Below the pieces are notes generated by a model, which worked only from the letters and a program-made list of their open reading frames with translations, searched no databases and was not told the DNA's origin. Of a stretch of DNA of 64,000 nucleotides, positions 29,801-44,600 are shown piece after piece. The DNA is from Eledone cirrhosa (taxonomy: Eukaryota): positions 5,022,001 to 5,086,000 of the forward strand of contig OZ024760.1 in the NCBI GenBank assembly GCA_964016885.1, in the 5' to 3' direction. The number at the start of each line of letters is the position of its first letter. Positions within the stretch are counted from its first letter, which is position 1. Position numbers and translations under genes: made by a program.

Positions 29801-32800
29801 CCCACGCTTATTAAATTTTGCTAACCTATCTCCAGTGAAATTTTATGATTCATATCGATACAGGAGAATCTATTAATTTTATTTTACATTAAAAAAAGCT
29901 ATATATGACAAAAAAAAAACAAAAACATTACTAGACATCCTATATTTACGAACGTACACTATACAATTACCTATCCCCACCACGCGTATAAGAATTTAAG
30001 CAAATGTCTAACCCCTCCCCTATTATTTGGGACCTGAGAGTAACCAAAGTTACTGGAATTGTGAATGAAATATTAATGCCCTCCCTGTATCATAGAAGGT
30101 GCATGTTAGTGAAGGCGCATGGCTTAGTGGTTAGAGCAGTAGGCTTGCAATCGAAAGGTTGTGAGTTCGATTCTCGGACCGGGTGATGTGTTGTGTCCAT
30201 CATGTTACTCAAGTTTACTCAGTTGTAGAAATGAGTTGCAATCCTGCCAAATCAATGGGTGGCAGTAGTTACAGCTGCACGCATCAAAAGACTGGTGTAG
30301 TGGTTCTGAGAACAATACGGCTTTGCAGACGATCAATGCAAATTGACAATGGAGAGGCGCTCCCGCTTCAGGAGAAGCAGCGATCCCTGATTGCATTCAG
30401 CAACTGAAACAAATAAGAAGTAGACCAAATCCAATGCTCCTAGGAGCAGCCCTGGTTCTTCTTATTTGTGAGTGTAAACTTGTCCAGATTAGATTAGATT
30501 GTATCATAGAACTTGGTTTTTATGAACAGATTCAAAATGTTAATCTTTACCCTTTTCCTTCCCTTACCTGTCATTTCTGTTGTTCCTGATGGTGATGTTG
30601 TGGGACCATGTGCAGGGCAGTTCTTCTCATCACTGGCATCTGAACAGTCAGAGAGTCCATCACAGACAAATGCCTGGTTTACACACTGGCCTATCTCACA
30701 ATGGAACTCACCAGTTTTACAACCTAATCACAAAGCAATTCAAGGAATGAAAAAAGAAACGAAAAAAAGTTCAAATAAATCAAATAAAAAGAGAAAAAAA
30801 AAATGATCATGATCATGTCTATAAGTAATATGTAGGGTTGATGAGGTAATAATAATTGTGTCTACTTTTGACACAAGGCCAGCAATTACCCCAGTGCATT
30901 ACTGGTACTTTATTTTATCGACCCCGTAAGAATGAAAGACAAAGTTAATCTCGGTAGGATTTGAACTCAGACCTTAATGGGCTGTAACTCTATGCTGCAA
31001 AAGCATGGCATCCGACCCTTTACTGAAGCAATCTGAAAGGAAGAGGAAAGTTGATTAAATCAACCCAGTTCTTTACTGGTGCTTTATTTTATTGAATAAC
31101 AAAGCTAACCTTGTTGGAATTTGAACTCAGAAGGTAAAGGGCCATAACTATATGCTGCAAAGCATGTTATCTGATGCTCTACCGATACTGTCAATCCACT
31201 AGCAATAATGATTGTTTCTTCTTTAGGAACAAGGACAGCAATTGGGGGGGGGGGTTATTAAACTGGCTCCAGTACATTACTGGTGCTCTATTTTATCAAC
31301 CCCATAAGGATGAAAGGCAAAGTTAACCTTGATGGGATTTGAACTCAGATTGTAAAGTGCTGTAACTCTATGCTGCAAAGCATGGCATCCGACCCTCTAC
31401 CAATACTGCCAATCCACCAACAAAGTAATAATAATAACTATTGATAATCTGCACAAGATGAAATGGAAATGCAGTCGTGTCAACTGAAACTGATGACCTC
31501 CAAAGTTGCTGGCTAGACTATCACGAATCTGTCTAGTTTCATAAAACTCCTTCAAAAGGATCCTGTCAAAAGAACTCACTGCAGTCAATGAATGGATTGT
31601 GAATGTGGGTCCAATGATGAAGAAGACTAAAGAAAGGCATAAATTAAAAGAGAAGTAAAATAATGAATGCAATGAAAACGAGAAACAATAAAACAGAATT
31701 TAATGTTATGGGGAAAGCATTTTTTTCTTTCTCGTGGGTCATATTATTTTAGACCAGTGGTTCCTAAACCATGCGCTGCGAAATGTAAGTAGATGTGCCG
31801 CAAAAGACTAACATTTGCTGATAAGCAAAAATGAAAGAGAAAAAAGATAAAAATGCAAACAAGTAGCAAAATGGTGAACAGAGAAGAAAGAAAATGAACA
31901 AGTGGTAAAATAATAGTTTCTACTTTTGGCACAAGGCCAGCAATTACCCCAGTGCATTACTGGTGTTTTATTTTATCGACCCTGTAAGGACAAAAGGCAA
32001 ATTTAATCTCGGCGGAATTTGAACTCAGAACATAAAGGGACATAACTCTATGCTGCAAAGCATGGTGTCCGGCCCTCTACTGATACTGCGAATTCAAACG
32101 CAAAGTAGTAAAATAATTATGAGACAAAAGATGAACATGATGTACAAGTGAACAAGGCACAAGTAATAAATGGAAAGCAAAATGCTGAATGAGAAGCAAA
32201 GTGAGAGAGAGACAAAAAGTGATGAACAAGTAGATAAAAGATGAATGAGAGATAAAAATTGAATGAAAAGCAAAGTATGAATAAGGGGGAAAATGATGAA
32301 GAAGAAAGAAAGATTGAATGAGTGGCAAAAAATGAATGAAATACATAAGTTCAATGAAAGATAATAGCTGAGGAGTGATCAAATTGAATAAGAGATAATT
32401 GAATGATAATAGTTAATAATAACAGTTAATGAGAGATAACAGCTAATGAGAGATAACAGTTAATAAGCAATAACAATGAATGAGAGATAACAGATAATGA
32501 AGATAATGAGAGATAATAGCTAACGAGAGATAAGTTAATGAGAGATAACCGATAATGAAGATAATGAGAGATAACAGTTAAAAAAAATTCTGGTGCCCCA
32601 GCATGGCCTCAGCCTGTCAGCTAAAACATATAATAGAGTTATAGAGTTTCAAATTGTACAAAAAAAAAAAAATGAGTGTTCCAGCATGGTCGCAGTATAA
32701 TGACTGAAATCAGTAAAAGAATAAAATAATATTTGTTGGGGTTCATTTTGGCGTGTTGCTGAAGAAGATGAATACCTGACAGTGTAGCGACAGTTGGAAT

Positions 32801-35187
32801 GAGATTTTGGTGGCATCCTTCCTCATCAGTCTTGTCATCGCAGTCGATAATGGTATCGCAGCGGAACGGCAGTGGAATACAGAGACCTGTGAGACAACGG
32901 AACTCATCGCTGGCGCAACCTTGCAAAGACAATAACAACAACAAAAAAAAAATGCAAATCATATGACTACACGTATATAGATACTCCTACGCATAGATTA
33001 ATAGATATGAATATATGCAAGGTGTTATCATTATTTTATTTCGAATATACAGAATATATATATATATATATATTTACAAAGAAGGTGTGGTAAGAAACCA
33101 GGTGGACCATAACACACCAGAGAACTTGATTGTTAGGGTAGTAGAGTGGGTAATAGGAAAAGAGTCAGGACCCTGACGGCTGAGCTCCAGCCATTTTGAC
33201 AGCCAGAGCCAAACTCAGTTCGGATCTAGCTGTCGAAACGGCCGGAGCTTAGCCATCGGGGTCCAGACTCTTTTCCTATATATATATTTGTATATGTGCG
33301 TAAAGAAAGCAGAGCTGTGATCTGTAGACAGCGACACATTAATCCATGGCAACTTATCTACAAACACTCTTTCTTAGTACTTCTAATTTGTTTAAACCTA
33401 GCTAAGTATCCATCAATACAACTGATACGGTAATACTTTCCAATGAAATCAAATTATATGGCTAAAGACATTGTTTACCAATGCACAATAAAAACAAATA
33501 AGTAAAAAGATATATATATATGGGGTCAGCTAATTCATTCAAAATATGTTTTAACCACCATATGAAAACATTCTGCAAGATTATTAGAAGTACATATACT
33601 TCATTGTCCACTTAGATATGGGATAAAAAAAACAGACACCAATATTATGATATAAAAGGGAATATAATTGTGAAAATTAAGACACAAGATGGGATAAAAT
33701 GCTGTACAATATTTACATCTTTACACAATTAACATCTCTGAAATCTTATATGTAAATAAAGCTATAAGATAGGAAAGAATCTGCACATGTAGACATCAAA
33801 TGTATAAGACTTTTTAAACACTATACATCCCTCAACATATCCTGAGAGATAATATAATAATACACTCTTCACCTCTTCTACACTTTAACCCTTTAGCATT
33901 TAAACTGGCCGTATCCAGCCAGAATTTTCTCATCCCATTCTGTTCAAACAGGCTGCAACTGACTGTTCATACCTACATTAAGGTATTGTTCTTAAAATCT
34001 CATAGATTCGATGTTATGTGAGATAGCTCATCATCATCATCATGTAAGGTAAAGCCTTCACTGTGAAAATGCAATAGTATATATAGAATAATATAAATGC
34101 TAAAGGGTTAACCTAGTTCTTGACTTTATGTGAAACAAATCTAGCGCCCCCCCCCCCCCCCCCCCTCACTATAAAACAAACAAAACAACTGAATACTCCA
34201 CTACACTTTTCCCCTCAAAAATTTTATTTCAGCTTTGTTTCACCATCATCTTCATTATCATCAGCTACAGCACCTATCATCTGCCCATTGCAAGGTGAAG
34301 ACCTCTCCAAGCCAATGACAACTGCTCCTATTTTGTGCCACTTCCATCCATGAGATGCTCATAAGCTTATCAATTTCCTCCTCTGTGTTCTTCAACTATG
34401 TGAACCTGTCCACATTCGGTTTCTAGTCTGTATGTAGTTTTATCCATCTGTTGCCATTTATTGGTGCCAAATGCACTGCCCACTTCCATTTCCTCTTCTT
34501 ATATAAGTCTGAGTCTCTAAAGTCTGTCTCAAGCCAGAAGGTTCATCAGACCGGTGCTTATCCAGGTTTCTGTTCAAGATTCTCCCTGGGCAAGATGCCA
34601 GTCCATTGCACGGTTAAACTCCCAGCTATTTCTGTCAGCTCATCTGTTCCCCAGGTTTCTTTCCAGCAGATTTCTTCCAGAGAAGAATAAAAAGTGAGAA
34701 AGATATATAGAGGAATAATCAACCTCAGAGCTTGACTGGTACTTTTTTTTATCGACCTTAAATGGATGAAAGGCAAAATTATGTGTTTGTGTATGTATCC
34801 ACAAACTTATGTGTGTGGAAACATACACAAACATATATGCTGACCCACACATATGTGTAGATATACACAAGAGAGCAGAGAGTCAGAACAAATACTACAA
34901 AGCATTCTATCTGACATTCTAATGACTCTGCCAATTCACCGCCTCGATGTAGTTATATACCAAACTAATAGTAAGAATCTTTTGTGAGATAATCGTATGG
35001 ATATATCATGGATTAATGGCAATGGTATATGTGGTGACTTAGCAAATGGTATAGTGGTATGGTGAAATTATACAAATGATTGCATAAAGGGCTAATAGTA
35101 AGGATTATGTTGAAGTAATGGTAGAAATATTGGTATACAAATGGGATGGTTGTGCAGTGAGATAATAGTTTAGGGGTATGATGAACT

Positions 35188-35221
<34 letters not shown>

Positions 35222-38016
35222 TAGTGGTATGTTTATATGTCATAAGCTCATGGTATGGGTATGTGTGATGAGTTAACAGTACAAACATGTTGAGTCAATG
35301 GTATGACTATGTGGGGAGCTAATGGTATGGATAAACATGTTGAGTAAATGGTATGGACATGTATAACAAGAATGGTATCATAAGTAGGGAACTATTTACA
35401 TTGGCTGATAGGTTGGGTGGCTGTTTGGCTACATGTAATTAGAACAACAACAAACAACAACAAACACGAAGTACAATTTATATCACATGCAACTCTAGAT
35501 GAGATGATGCAAGCTCATAGCTCTTGAAGCATGAATTAGTGACATATTACAAGTACTGAAATAGAATGTACTGAGAATTATTGCTAGATATTAACATAAA
35601 CATTAAATGGCATATGGTTAAGAAATATAGGACATACAATCAAAGAACAGTTTATACAATGTATTATATAGATGATATAGCTTCGGACCAGTGTCATCAC
35701 AACCCATATATATACTATAATGACCCCCTTTGGTCACAAATGACCATGGGATTTGAATCTAGATCCCCCCCCCCCCCACCCAAGGCACAAGTCTGGGCAA
35801 TATTGTTTTGTGGAAGACCAGCAGTCACCCATGTATACCAGTCGCTCCTCTCCACATCAACCATGTTGTCCAAGGGAAACGCAATGGCCGATACAGCTTG
35901 GCACCAGTGATGTCGCAACTCATTTCTATATTTGAGTGAACTGGAGCAACGGGAAATAGTGTCTTGCTCAAGGACACAACGCATTGCTCAGTCTGGGAAT
36001 TGTACTCACTTGAAATAGTGTTTTGCTCAATGACACAACACATTGCCAAGTCTGGGAATTGAACTCACGGGGATCCAATCAGATAAATTGGAGACGGTTG
36101 CTTCTGACAAGACCAGTTGGAAGACACGTTTGAGGACTCTGCCTCCACGACCCTCCCAGGAATAAGTTTGGTGAGGAATAAGATATATACACAATATAGA
36201 ATGGATAGCCATGCGTTTACACCTAGAAAATTCCTCAGCATGACAAGCCTGGGTATATTTTGGTGGAAGACCAACTGTCCCCTATACATACTAATCTTTC
36301 TTCTCCACACCACTGGTGTCCTAGAGAAAGGTAAAGGCTGATACTGCATTGCATTAGTGACATCACCAACCATATACACTGTGTATACTATATACATACT
36401 ATATATACACTATATATACTGTATACATACTGTATACATACTGTATATACTATATACATACTATATATACACACTATGTATACATTATATATACTATATA
36501 TATACACTGTATATACTATATACATACTATATGTACACTATATATACACTATATATACTATAAATACTATATATGATGTCCAAAACAAAGGCAAAGGACA
36601 ACACAGCTTGGTGCCAGTGTCATCACTACCATTATATACACTGTATATACTATGTACATACTATATGTACACTATATATTTTATACACATACTATATATA
36701 CACTATATATGATGTTCAAGGGAAAGAGAAAGTTTGATTCAGCTTGGCACCAGTGACATCACAATCTATTTTTTCTTGCTGCGTTAAGTGGAGCAACATT
36801 AAATAAAATGTCTTGCTTAAGGACTCAATGTGCCACACGGTCCAGGAAATAAACTCACATCCTCACAATGGTGAGTCAAACTCTCTAATCACAAAGCCAC
36901 ATGCCTTGAATGTTGCAATGAAAATGTGAAATCTATACAAATAATGGGAGAGTATTTTGAATATCAAGAATTTTATCGTATAAGAATAAGATGTTGAAGA
37001 TGACTGACCATTGGCATCGGTTGGTTTTTTGGTGTTGATTTTATAACTACATTGCATTTCATCACTTTTATCATTGCAGTCGAACCAACCATCACAGATG
37101 TCATCTAACTCAATACAGGTTCCATCTCCACAACGGAAGTTGGTTGAAGAACAAGCTGTGTGTGTGAGAGAGAGAGAGAGTGAAAAAAAAGAGATAAAAG
37201 TTCTAGTTAAACAGTGTTGCTGTTAATGTTATCTAAATATTACTAAAACTAAAGTGATTGCTTGCTTGCTTGTCTGTAATGTAATACTGCCAAAAGGGCG
37301 CATAATAGGAAAAAACTTTGAAAGGAAGTTGATTCTGAAATGGGAATACAAATGGAATAAAACACGTTTTGCATAAATGGAGTATGGGTTCCTGAGATAT
37401 GGGGTTTTCTGGGCACCTTCATAAATAGCCAAAATGGCGCATAATGGAAAAATACTCCGAAAGTAACATAACCCTGAAATGGGAATACAAATGGTATAAA
37501 ACAAGTTTTCCGGGTACCTTGAACTATTGGTGACCCAACAGGTCACAGATAGTCTAGTGCTCAATAAAAACAGTTCTTATATATGTGGTTGGTGATAGGA
37601 AAGGTATTAGCCATAGAAAGCTTGTCAAACAAAGGGTTGGGAGGCTCTTTTAATTGTGTCAAGGACCTGACAGCTTCCCTAGTGCTAAAAGCAGCCAGTA
37701 CACACTGTAAAGTGGTTGGTGTTAGGAAGGGCATCCAGCCATAGATAGCTTGCCAAACAAGGAGTTAGGATGACCCTTTAGTTTGTGTCAAAAGACAACT
37801 TATCCTCCACTGCACTCAGTATGACTATACATAAGCAGGATACAGACTTTTGGCCTCTCCTGCTTCAGTACTGACTTGGTCTATGTAGACCTGTCCAACC
37901 CTTGTTAGCAGGGAAAGTGAACATTAAATGATGTAGATGATGATATATGTTTGTATGTATAGGTTTATCTGCGCAAACTGGAGAAATGAAACTCAACACA
38001 TAAGTAGTAATGTGTG

Positions 38017-38047
<31 letters not shown>

Positions 38048-41000
38048 TTAATATAGAAATGGCTTCTACAGGACTAGAACTGTTTCATTCAGAGAAATCA
38101 TATGAAATAGTTCTAGTCCCGTAGAAGCCATTTCTATACTAAATATTAATACTCTACTATGTATTGAGTACCTTATTTACTGTGGTTACCCCCAATTGAA
38201 CCTGGGATAAACCTATCTATATATATATAGTGAAAATCAAATAGAAAAATAAGATAGTCAACAGTGCAGGTGTTCCCACATGCCCTTAGTTGTAATGGCA
38301 GAAATGAATTACATACACACAAACTCATGCATACATTCACATATCATTTATATGTATGTATATATATATAAATATATATATATAACCCATGCTAGCATGG
38401 AAAGTGGATGTTAAACGATGATGATGATGATGATGATATATATATATTAATTTATAAATATATATATATAAATATATATATATAAATATATATATATAAA
38501 TATATATATATTTATTTATTCTCACATTGCTCTTTCTGTTAGGAATTGTGACTGCTAGATAGTATTAGCAATCATCATCATCATCATCATCATCATCATT
38601 TTATGTCCCCTTTTTCCCTGCTTGCAAGGGTGGGACGGGAACTGATTCTAGCTTGATTTCTACAGCTGGATGCCCTTCCTAACACCAACCTCATTTACAG
38701 TGAGTGCTGGATGCTTTTTTGCCGTGGCACCTCCACGACCACTTTGCAGTGGAATGATAGGGACCCCAGTCCCTATCATCTCATTTCTACAGCTGAGTAA
38801 ACTGGAGCAATGTGAAATAAAGTGTCTTGCTCAAGGAAACAGCACATCACCCGGTCTGAGAATTGAACTCACAACCTTTCGATTGCAAGGCCAATGCTCT
38901 AACCACTAAGCCATGTGCCTTCATAGCAATGGAAAGACCAATGAAAACATTGTTTCCTTGGTCTGCTAGATGAGTTCCAACCATCTCAGTAAGCAAATGA
39001 AGTCTATCCCAAACTGATATATACTTAGTAGCACCTCTTCACTTCCCCATAAATTCAATTTCTTCTGGCATTCCTTTGACATTTGTATTTACCTGTATCA
39101 GTTGGCCAGGAAGTTTGGTCTGGGGTGTAACAGTTGATCTCATCAGAATTGTCATGGCAATGCATCCATCCATCACAGCGGTTTACTTGATGTATGCAGT
39201 TACCACTGGTGCAATGGAAATAACCAGGGCTGCAAGCTGGATTGTCAGCAAACACACAAATAGAAATATTAATAATAACAACAAGAACAACGAGTAACAA
39301 AAGTTTTTTGATGGTGTAGTTAACATTATAAAAAAAAAAAAAAAATGGTTTTTGATTTAGGCACAAGGCCAATAATTTTAGGTGAGGCAAAAGTCAATTA
39401 AATTGCCTCCAGTGCATTACTGGTACTTTATTTTATCGATCCTGCAAGGATGAAAGGCAAAGCTAACCTTGGTGGGATTTGAACTCGGAACATAAAGGGA
39501 TGTAACTTTATGCCACAAAGTATGGTGTCCGATGCTCTTCCAATACTGCCAATAAAATGAAATAATAATAATAATTTCTACTTTAGGAACATGGCCAGAA
39601 ATCTGCAGGAGAGGAAAGTCAATTAAATCGATCCCATTACTTGATTGGTACATTATTTCATTGATCTTGGAAGGATGAAAGGCAAAGTTGACCATGATGA
39701 GATTTGAACTCAGAGTGTAATGAGCAAAAACAAATACTGACACTTTATCAATCCTGTCTTTCCACCATTCTTTAACTTCTTCAGTGCCACGGATGAGATA
39801 ACATGTCCTAACATGTATGCATTCCAGTGCCACGGATGAGATAACTCGTCCTAACATGTTTGAACTCTTTTCTAACAGTTCATAACTTCAAAGTTATTAA
39901 TTCGTTTCCAACAGTTCATAACTTTTAAAGCTAGATGGGGTTACTAGTTTATTGATTTGATGTTTGTCAATCAAAATAGTCATTTTACTGAAAAAAAAAC
40001 CCCAGCACAGCAACTGTAACTGTGTAAAATATATGCAACAGTCAACAGGTTAAGGTGGTTTAAATATTAAATACAAACATTTTAAAATGGATAGTTGTGT
40101 ATCATAAAACCAGGGCCAGTTTCAGGTGGGTTGATAACAAAAGGATTTAATAGTTTCTTATTATTTTAAATATAATTCACATTAAAATTTTAGCATTTAA
40201 TTTTGCTTTTAAATTGCTCTTAATTATCATTATTTATCTTGTGCCAAACGTAGAAACAATTATTTATTTTTACCTGAAATCCTTGGAAATTTGGATGCAG
40301 TTGGTTGGGGTTTATGCAGGGTTGGTGTTGAAGGAATTCGTGAGACATAGGATGGTGTTGTCTTGTGCAATTTTTTCTGGTTTACTGGTAGGGTGGTGGT
40401 TGGTTTCAAGATGGGTGAAGATGTGCGAAGTACAATTATAGTCAACGGTTGTGTAGATGTGTCTGACTTCTGAAAAGTAACTGTGTGGTTTGAAGAGGCC
40501 TCTGAGTTGACTTTGTATGGTTTTCTTGATGTGCGAGAAATTTTACCTGATGCCGATGTCATTGTTAAGTGCTCAGATGTTGTGGGAAGCTTCGATGCAG
40601 TAGCTGTTGGAACAGTTGGGAGAGTTTTCTGTGGGGCTATGGTGGTTTCAGTACAGCCTTGCTCATCAGACAGGTCTCGACAATCTGGCCAACCATCGCA
40701 TCGCTTACTTTGACTAATGCACAAGCCATTTGGGCAGTGGAATGAATTTTTTTGACAGATTTCTGTGAGAAGATGGACACAAACAAAGATATAATATTAT
40801 AAACTGGAAAATGGAAAGATTTTGTAACCAAAACTCTAAATCGGAAAATATTCTTTTCATTGGATTTACACTAATTTCAAAAACCCAATTAAATATTCAC
40901 TCTTTAATCTTTAAACTAACTACTAGCTTTAAAGTACTAAAGATTAGATGAGTTCTTCATACCTGTTTTATCTTTTTTCCTTGTCTGTGAGAGGGATTGT

Positions 41001-41213
41001 GATTCTCCTGTTGGTACTGTTTGGCATTTTTGTTCATCAGACTTATCTTCACAATCTGGCCAAACATCACATCTTTGATGTTGAGGAATACACTTACCAT
41101 TCTTACACTGGAACTGGTTGGAGAAACAACCTGTTCAATAAAAGCAACACAAGTTGGGTTTTATTTTTTAAATTTGATTTTCTGGGTAATTAGTGAAACA
41201 GCACACACGCACG

Positions 41214-41285
<72 letters not shown>

Positions 41286-41617
41286 AATGAGGTAGACAAA
41301 AATTGAAAACCCCCACACAAAAGTGGAAGATAGATATCTTCTTTCTTTGGACCCATAACTCCTGATGGGATCATAGGGGACACCATAGTGACATGGCATA
41401 TATTGGGGATTTTAAACCTGGTTGCACCCATTTCCTCTCAGAGTTGAAACTTGGTCGATTATATACCTGTTTTTTCACAAAATAATTTGTTTGTTTCTTC
41501 CATTGCTCATTCTGCTCTATCTTTCTATTTTCTGATGAAAGACTAGTGTCCGAATGTAAAACTAATATATTTCTTCATTGTACTGTATTATTTGCTGTGT
41601 TATTTCTGTTTATCTTT

Positions 41618-41661
<44 letters not shown>

Positions 41662-44600
41662 CAAAGCAAAGCATAAACGAATTGAAAGAGAGACTGAGCA
41701 TAAGAGGAATCATGCTGTATGCAGGAGAGGGGGATGTATTGGATGGACATGTAATGCATATGAAGGATGACAGCTGCATAAAAAGGTGCAGAGCTCTAAA
41801 AGTTGATGGAAGCCATGGAGTGGGGAGACCCAAGAAGACCTGGGATGAGGTGATAAAGGTGGACGTTGTCCAATTGTACCTCTCAATGGCGATGACACAG
41901 GACCATGACCTCTGGCGTCATGCAGTAATACAGAAGACCCAACTTCCCACGGGAACAAGCCAAAGCTGAAGCATATAGACAATATGCCCCCACCCTCTCC
42001 CACTATGAAGTGGTCGTGGAGGTGTCACGACAAAAAAGCACCCAGCCCACACTGTAAATGAGGTTGGTGTTAGGAAAGGCATGCAGCTGTAGAAATCAAG
42101 CCAAAATCAGTTCCCGTATGGGCAAGACAAGGTTAACCAACCTAACATCGCCCACAACGGGATAACCCGTCTAACCCATGCTAGTGTGGAAGAATGGACG
42201 TAAAACGATGATAATGATGATGATGATACATACCTTGTTTTGTTGTAATGTTGACTGTAGGATGAAACAGAGTACAGTTGAATTCATCTGATTTGTCCAG
42301 GCAATCTGAGATTCCATCACAGAATTTACCTTCTCTAATACAAACTCCACTTATACACGACTTATATCCATTTGGGCAGCCTGTTGGTGACAAAATACAA
42401 TAGACATATAAGCAACAATAAGAATAGAGAATTATTTTGCAGGGAGAATAGTAGGGGTGATGGTGTCTTACATCCTGTTGGGATGTAGTTGTTTGAAGAC
42501 TGAGGAGTTGAAGTGTTTGACTAACAATTGTAAGGTTATACATTCAATTCCTTGCAGGGTATTGTGTCCTTAAGCCTGACACTTTATTTCATGATGCCTT
42601 AGTCCACTCAGCTAGGAAAAAAATGAGCTGTATCTGTTAGATGTGTTCTTCCTTAAGTTAACGAAGAACACATCGATTGTTCATTTTTGTTTTGAACCAT
42701 TTCTGTTTTACATCTGTAAAGAAAGTAATAAAGAGCCCTGAAATATGTTGAAATATACTGGATAAAACATTACTTTGTTTTGTTTTATTCATCATCCTTT
42801 GCCTGTGAAGGCATGTGGCCTAGTGGTAAGGGTGTTGGACTTATTATCATAATGCTGTGGGTTCGATTCCTAGGCTAGGTTGCGTGTTGTGTTCTTGAAC
42901 AAAGCACTTCATTTCACATTGCTCCAGTATACTCAGCTGAAAAGGAGTACCAGCAATAGCTGTGGGTTTAACCCTGCAATGGACTTGCATCCTGTCTATG
43001 GGGGAGTCTTGTACTCTCAGTCACTTCATGCCATGAAACCAGGATAAGCACTGGCTCAACACACTGCTTCCAGCACACGAGGGCATGCTTACCTTTTATA
43101 TATTTCTACTGTATTGTACTGGCTTTTTGTAATTCATTGACCTTTTATTACACTACACAGGGTTATTGTCGACTACACAAGCTGTTTATCTTGTTCATGC
43201 TTGACCGAGTGGCATGTGGGAAAGACTTAACTGACCTCTTAGTGGTGCATGTGTGGTAGTTGGTGTGGGAACGCTGCAGTTGATTTCATCATGGCCATTT
43301 TCACAGTCTGGTATGACGTCACAGACATAATCCTTTGGAATACATTGGTCATTACCACAGTTGAACTCATCAGACTTACAGGCTGGAGAAAAGAAAAGAT
43401 GGAGCAAGAGAATGGGAGAATGAATGAGATCGAGGAAATTAGAGAGAGAGGGGGGAGAATGAAAGAGTAATGGAATGAGTATCACCCCTTTTGATATAAA
43501 CCCACTAAAAAACAGCTCAATTCTCTGATGTCAATCCTCTTGTTTTAAAATATGTATGTATGGTCCTATAACTCATGGAGGGGTCATAGGGGTGCTGTTT
43601 GGACACACCTCATTTCTAGGATAATTTTAAATCTGGCAGAGCCCATCTCCTAATCAAGTCTGAATACAGCAGATTTCTTCCAGAGAAGAATAGATAGTGA
43701 GGGAATGGAAGCGAGAAATGGATATCATCATCATCATCTGGCAGGCTCAGCCAAAATGGACTCAACAATTGATCTCCATGAGGGTTTGTCGTTCATTGCT
43801 GCTGCCAAATCCTGGATTTCAATACCAGAATCTCTGGAGATGACATCGGGATAGGAGAGCTTGCGCTCCCTGTTATTAGTGAATGCTAGTGGTTTCCAAA
43901 GCACTATAATAGGGACACAGCCTCAGAGGTGGCACGATGGCAGTGGTCAGCAAATCGGGACAGGAGAGCTTCCACCCCCTGTTATTGGTGACTGCTTGTT
44001 GTTTCCAAAACACTAGTGGGGACTCAACCTCACAGGTGGCACGATGGCAGTGGCCAGCAAATCGAGACAGGAGAGCTTCCACCCCCCAGTTATTAGTGAC
44101 TGCTTGTAATTTCCAATGCTAGTGGAGACTCAGCCTCATAGGTGGCATGATGGCAGTGGCCAGCAAATCTTACTCTCCTTTTACATACAACGACAGATAT
44201 GTGTGCGAGGCCAGCATATATTTCTTTCAAAGTCAGATGTTGCCAGCTTATGTTCTGAATGAGTTGAAGCAGGTGAATGTAGGTGCCATCAAGGCGCTTT
44301 TGTTATTTGGATGAAATAGATATAGAGGAAGAATTGACCCCAATACCAGACTGGTACTTATTTTATCAACCTCAAATGGATGAAAGACAAAGTTATATGT
44401 GTTTGTGTATTTATCAACTTACTTATGTGTGTGGATACACACACAAACATACATGCTGACCCACACATATGTGTAGATACACACAAACATACATGATGTT
44501 ATATACTGTAATGGCTATTTACACTACCTTTCTTGCCTGGTGGAGGAAGAGTTATATCAATCACAGTACAGTTGATTTCATCTTGACCATTTTTACAATC

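Noticed and set aside
30113-30185. tRNA gene
   Set aside because: A and B boxes are present, but the acceptor stem does not close and the sequence continues into a SINE body found at several sites.
31397-31672. Minus-strand ORF ([18 protein letters not shown]) as a possible SEA-like exon
   Set aside because: No convincing donor or recognisable motif, and it is flanked by SINEs. It is left uncalled pending RNA-seq.
36065-36397. 110-aa minus-strand ORF between LDLa exons
   Set aside because: It overlaps SINE-like sequence resembling 35790-35990 and has no domain signature.
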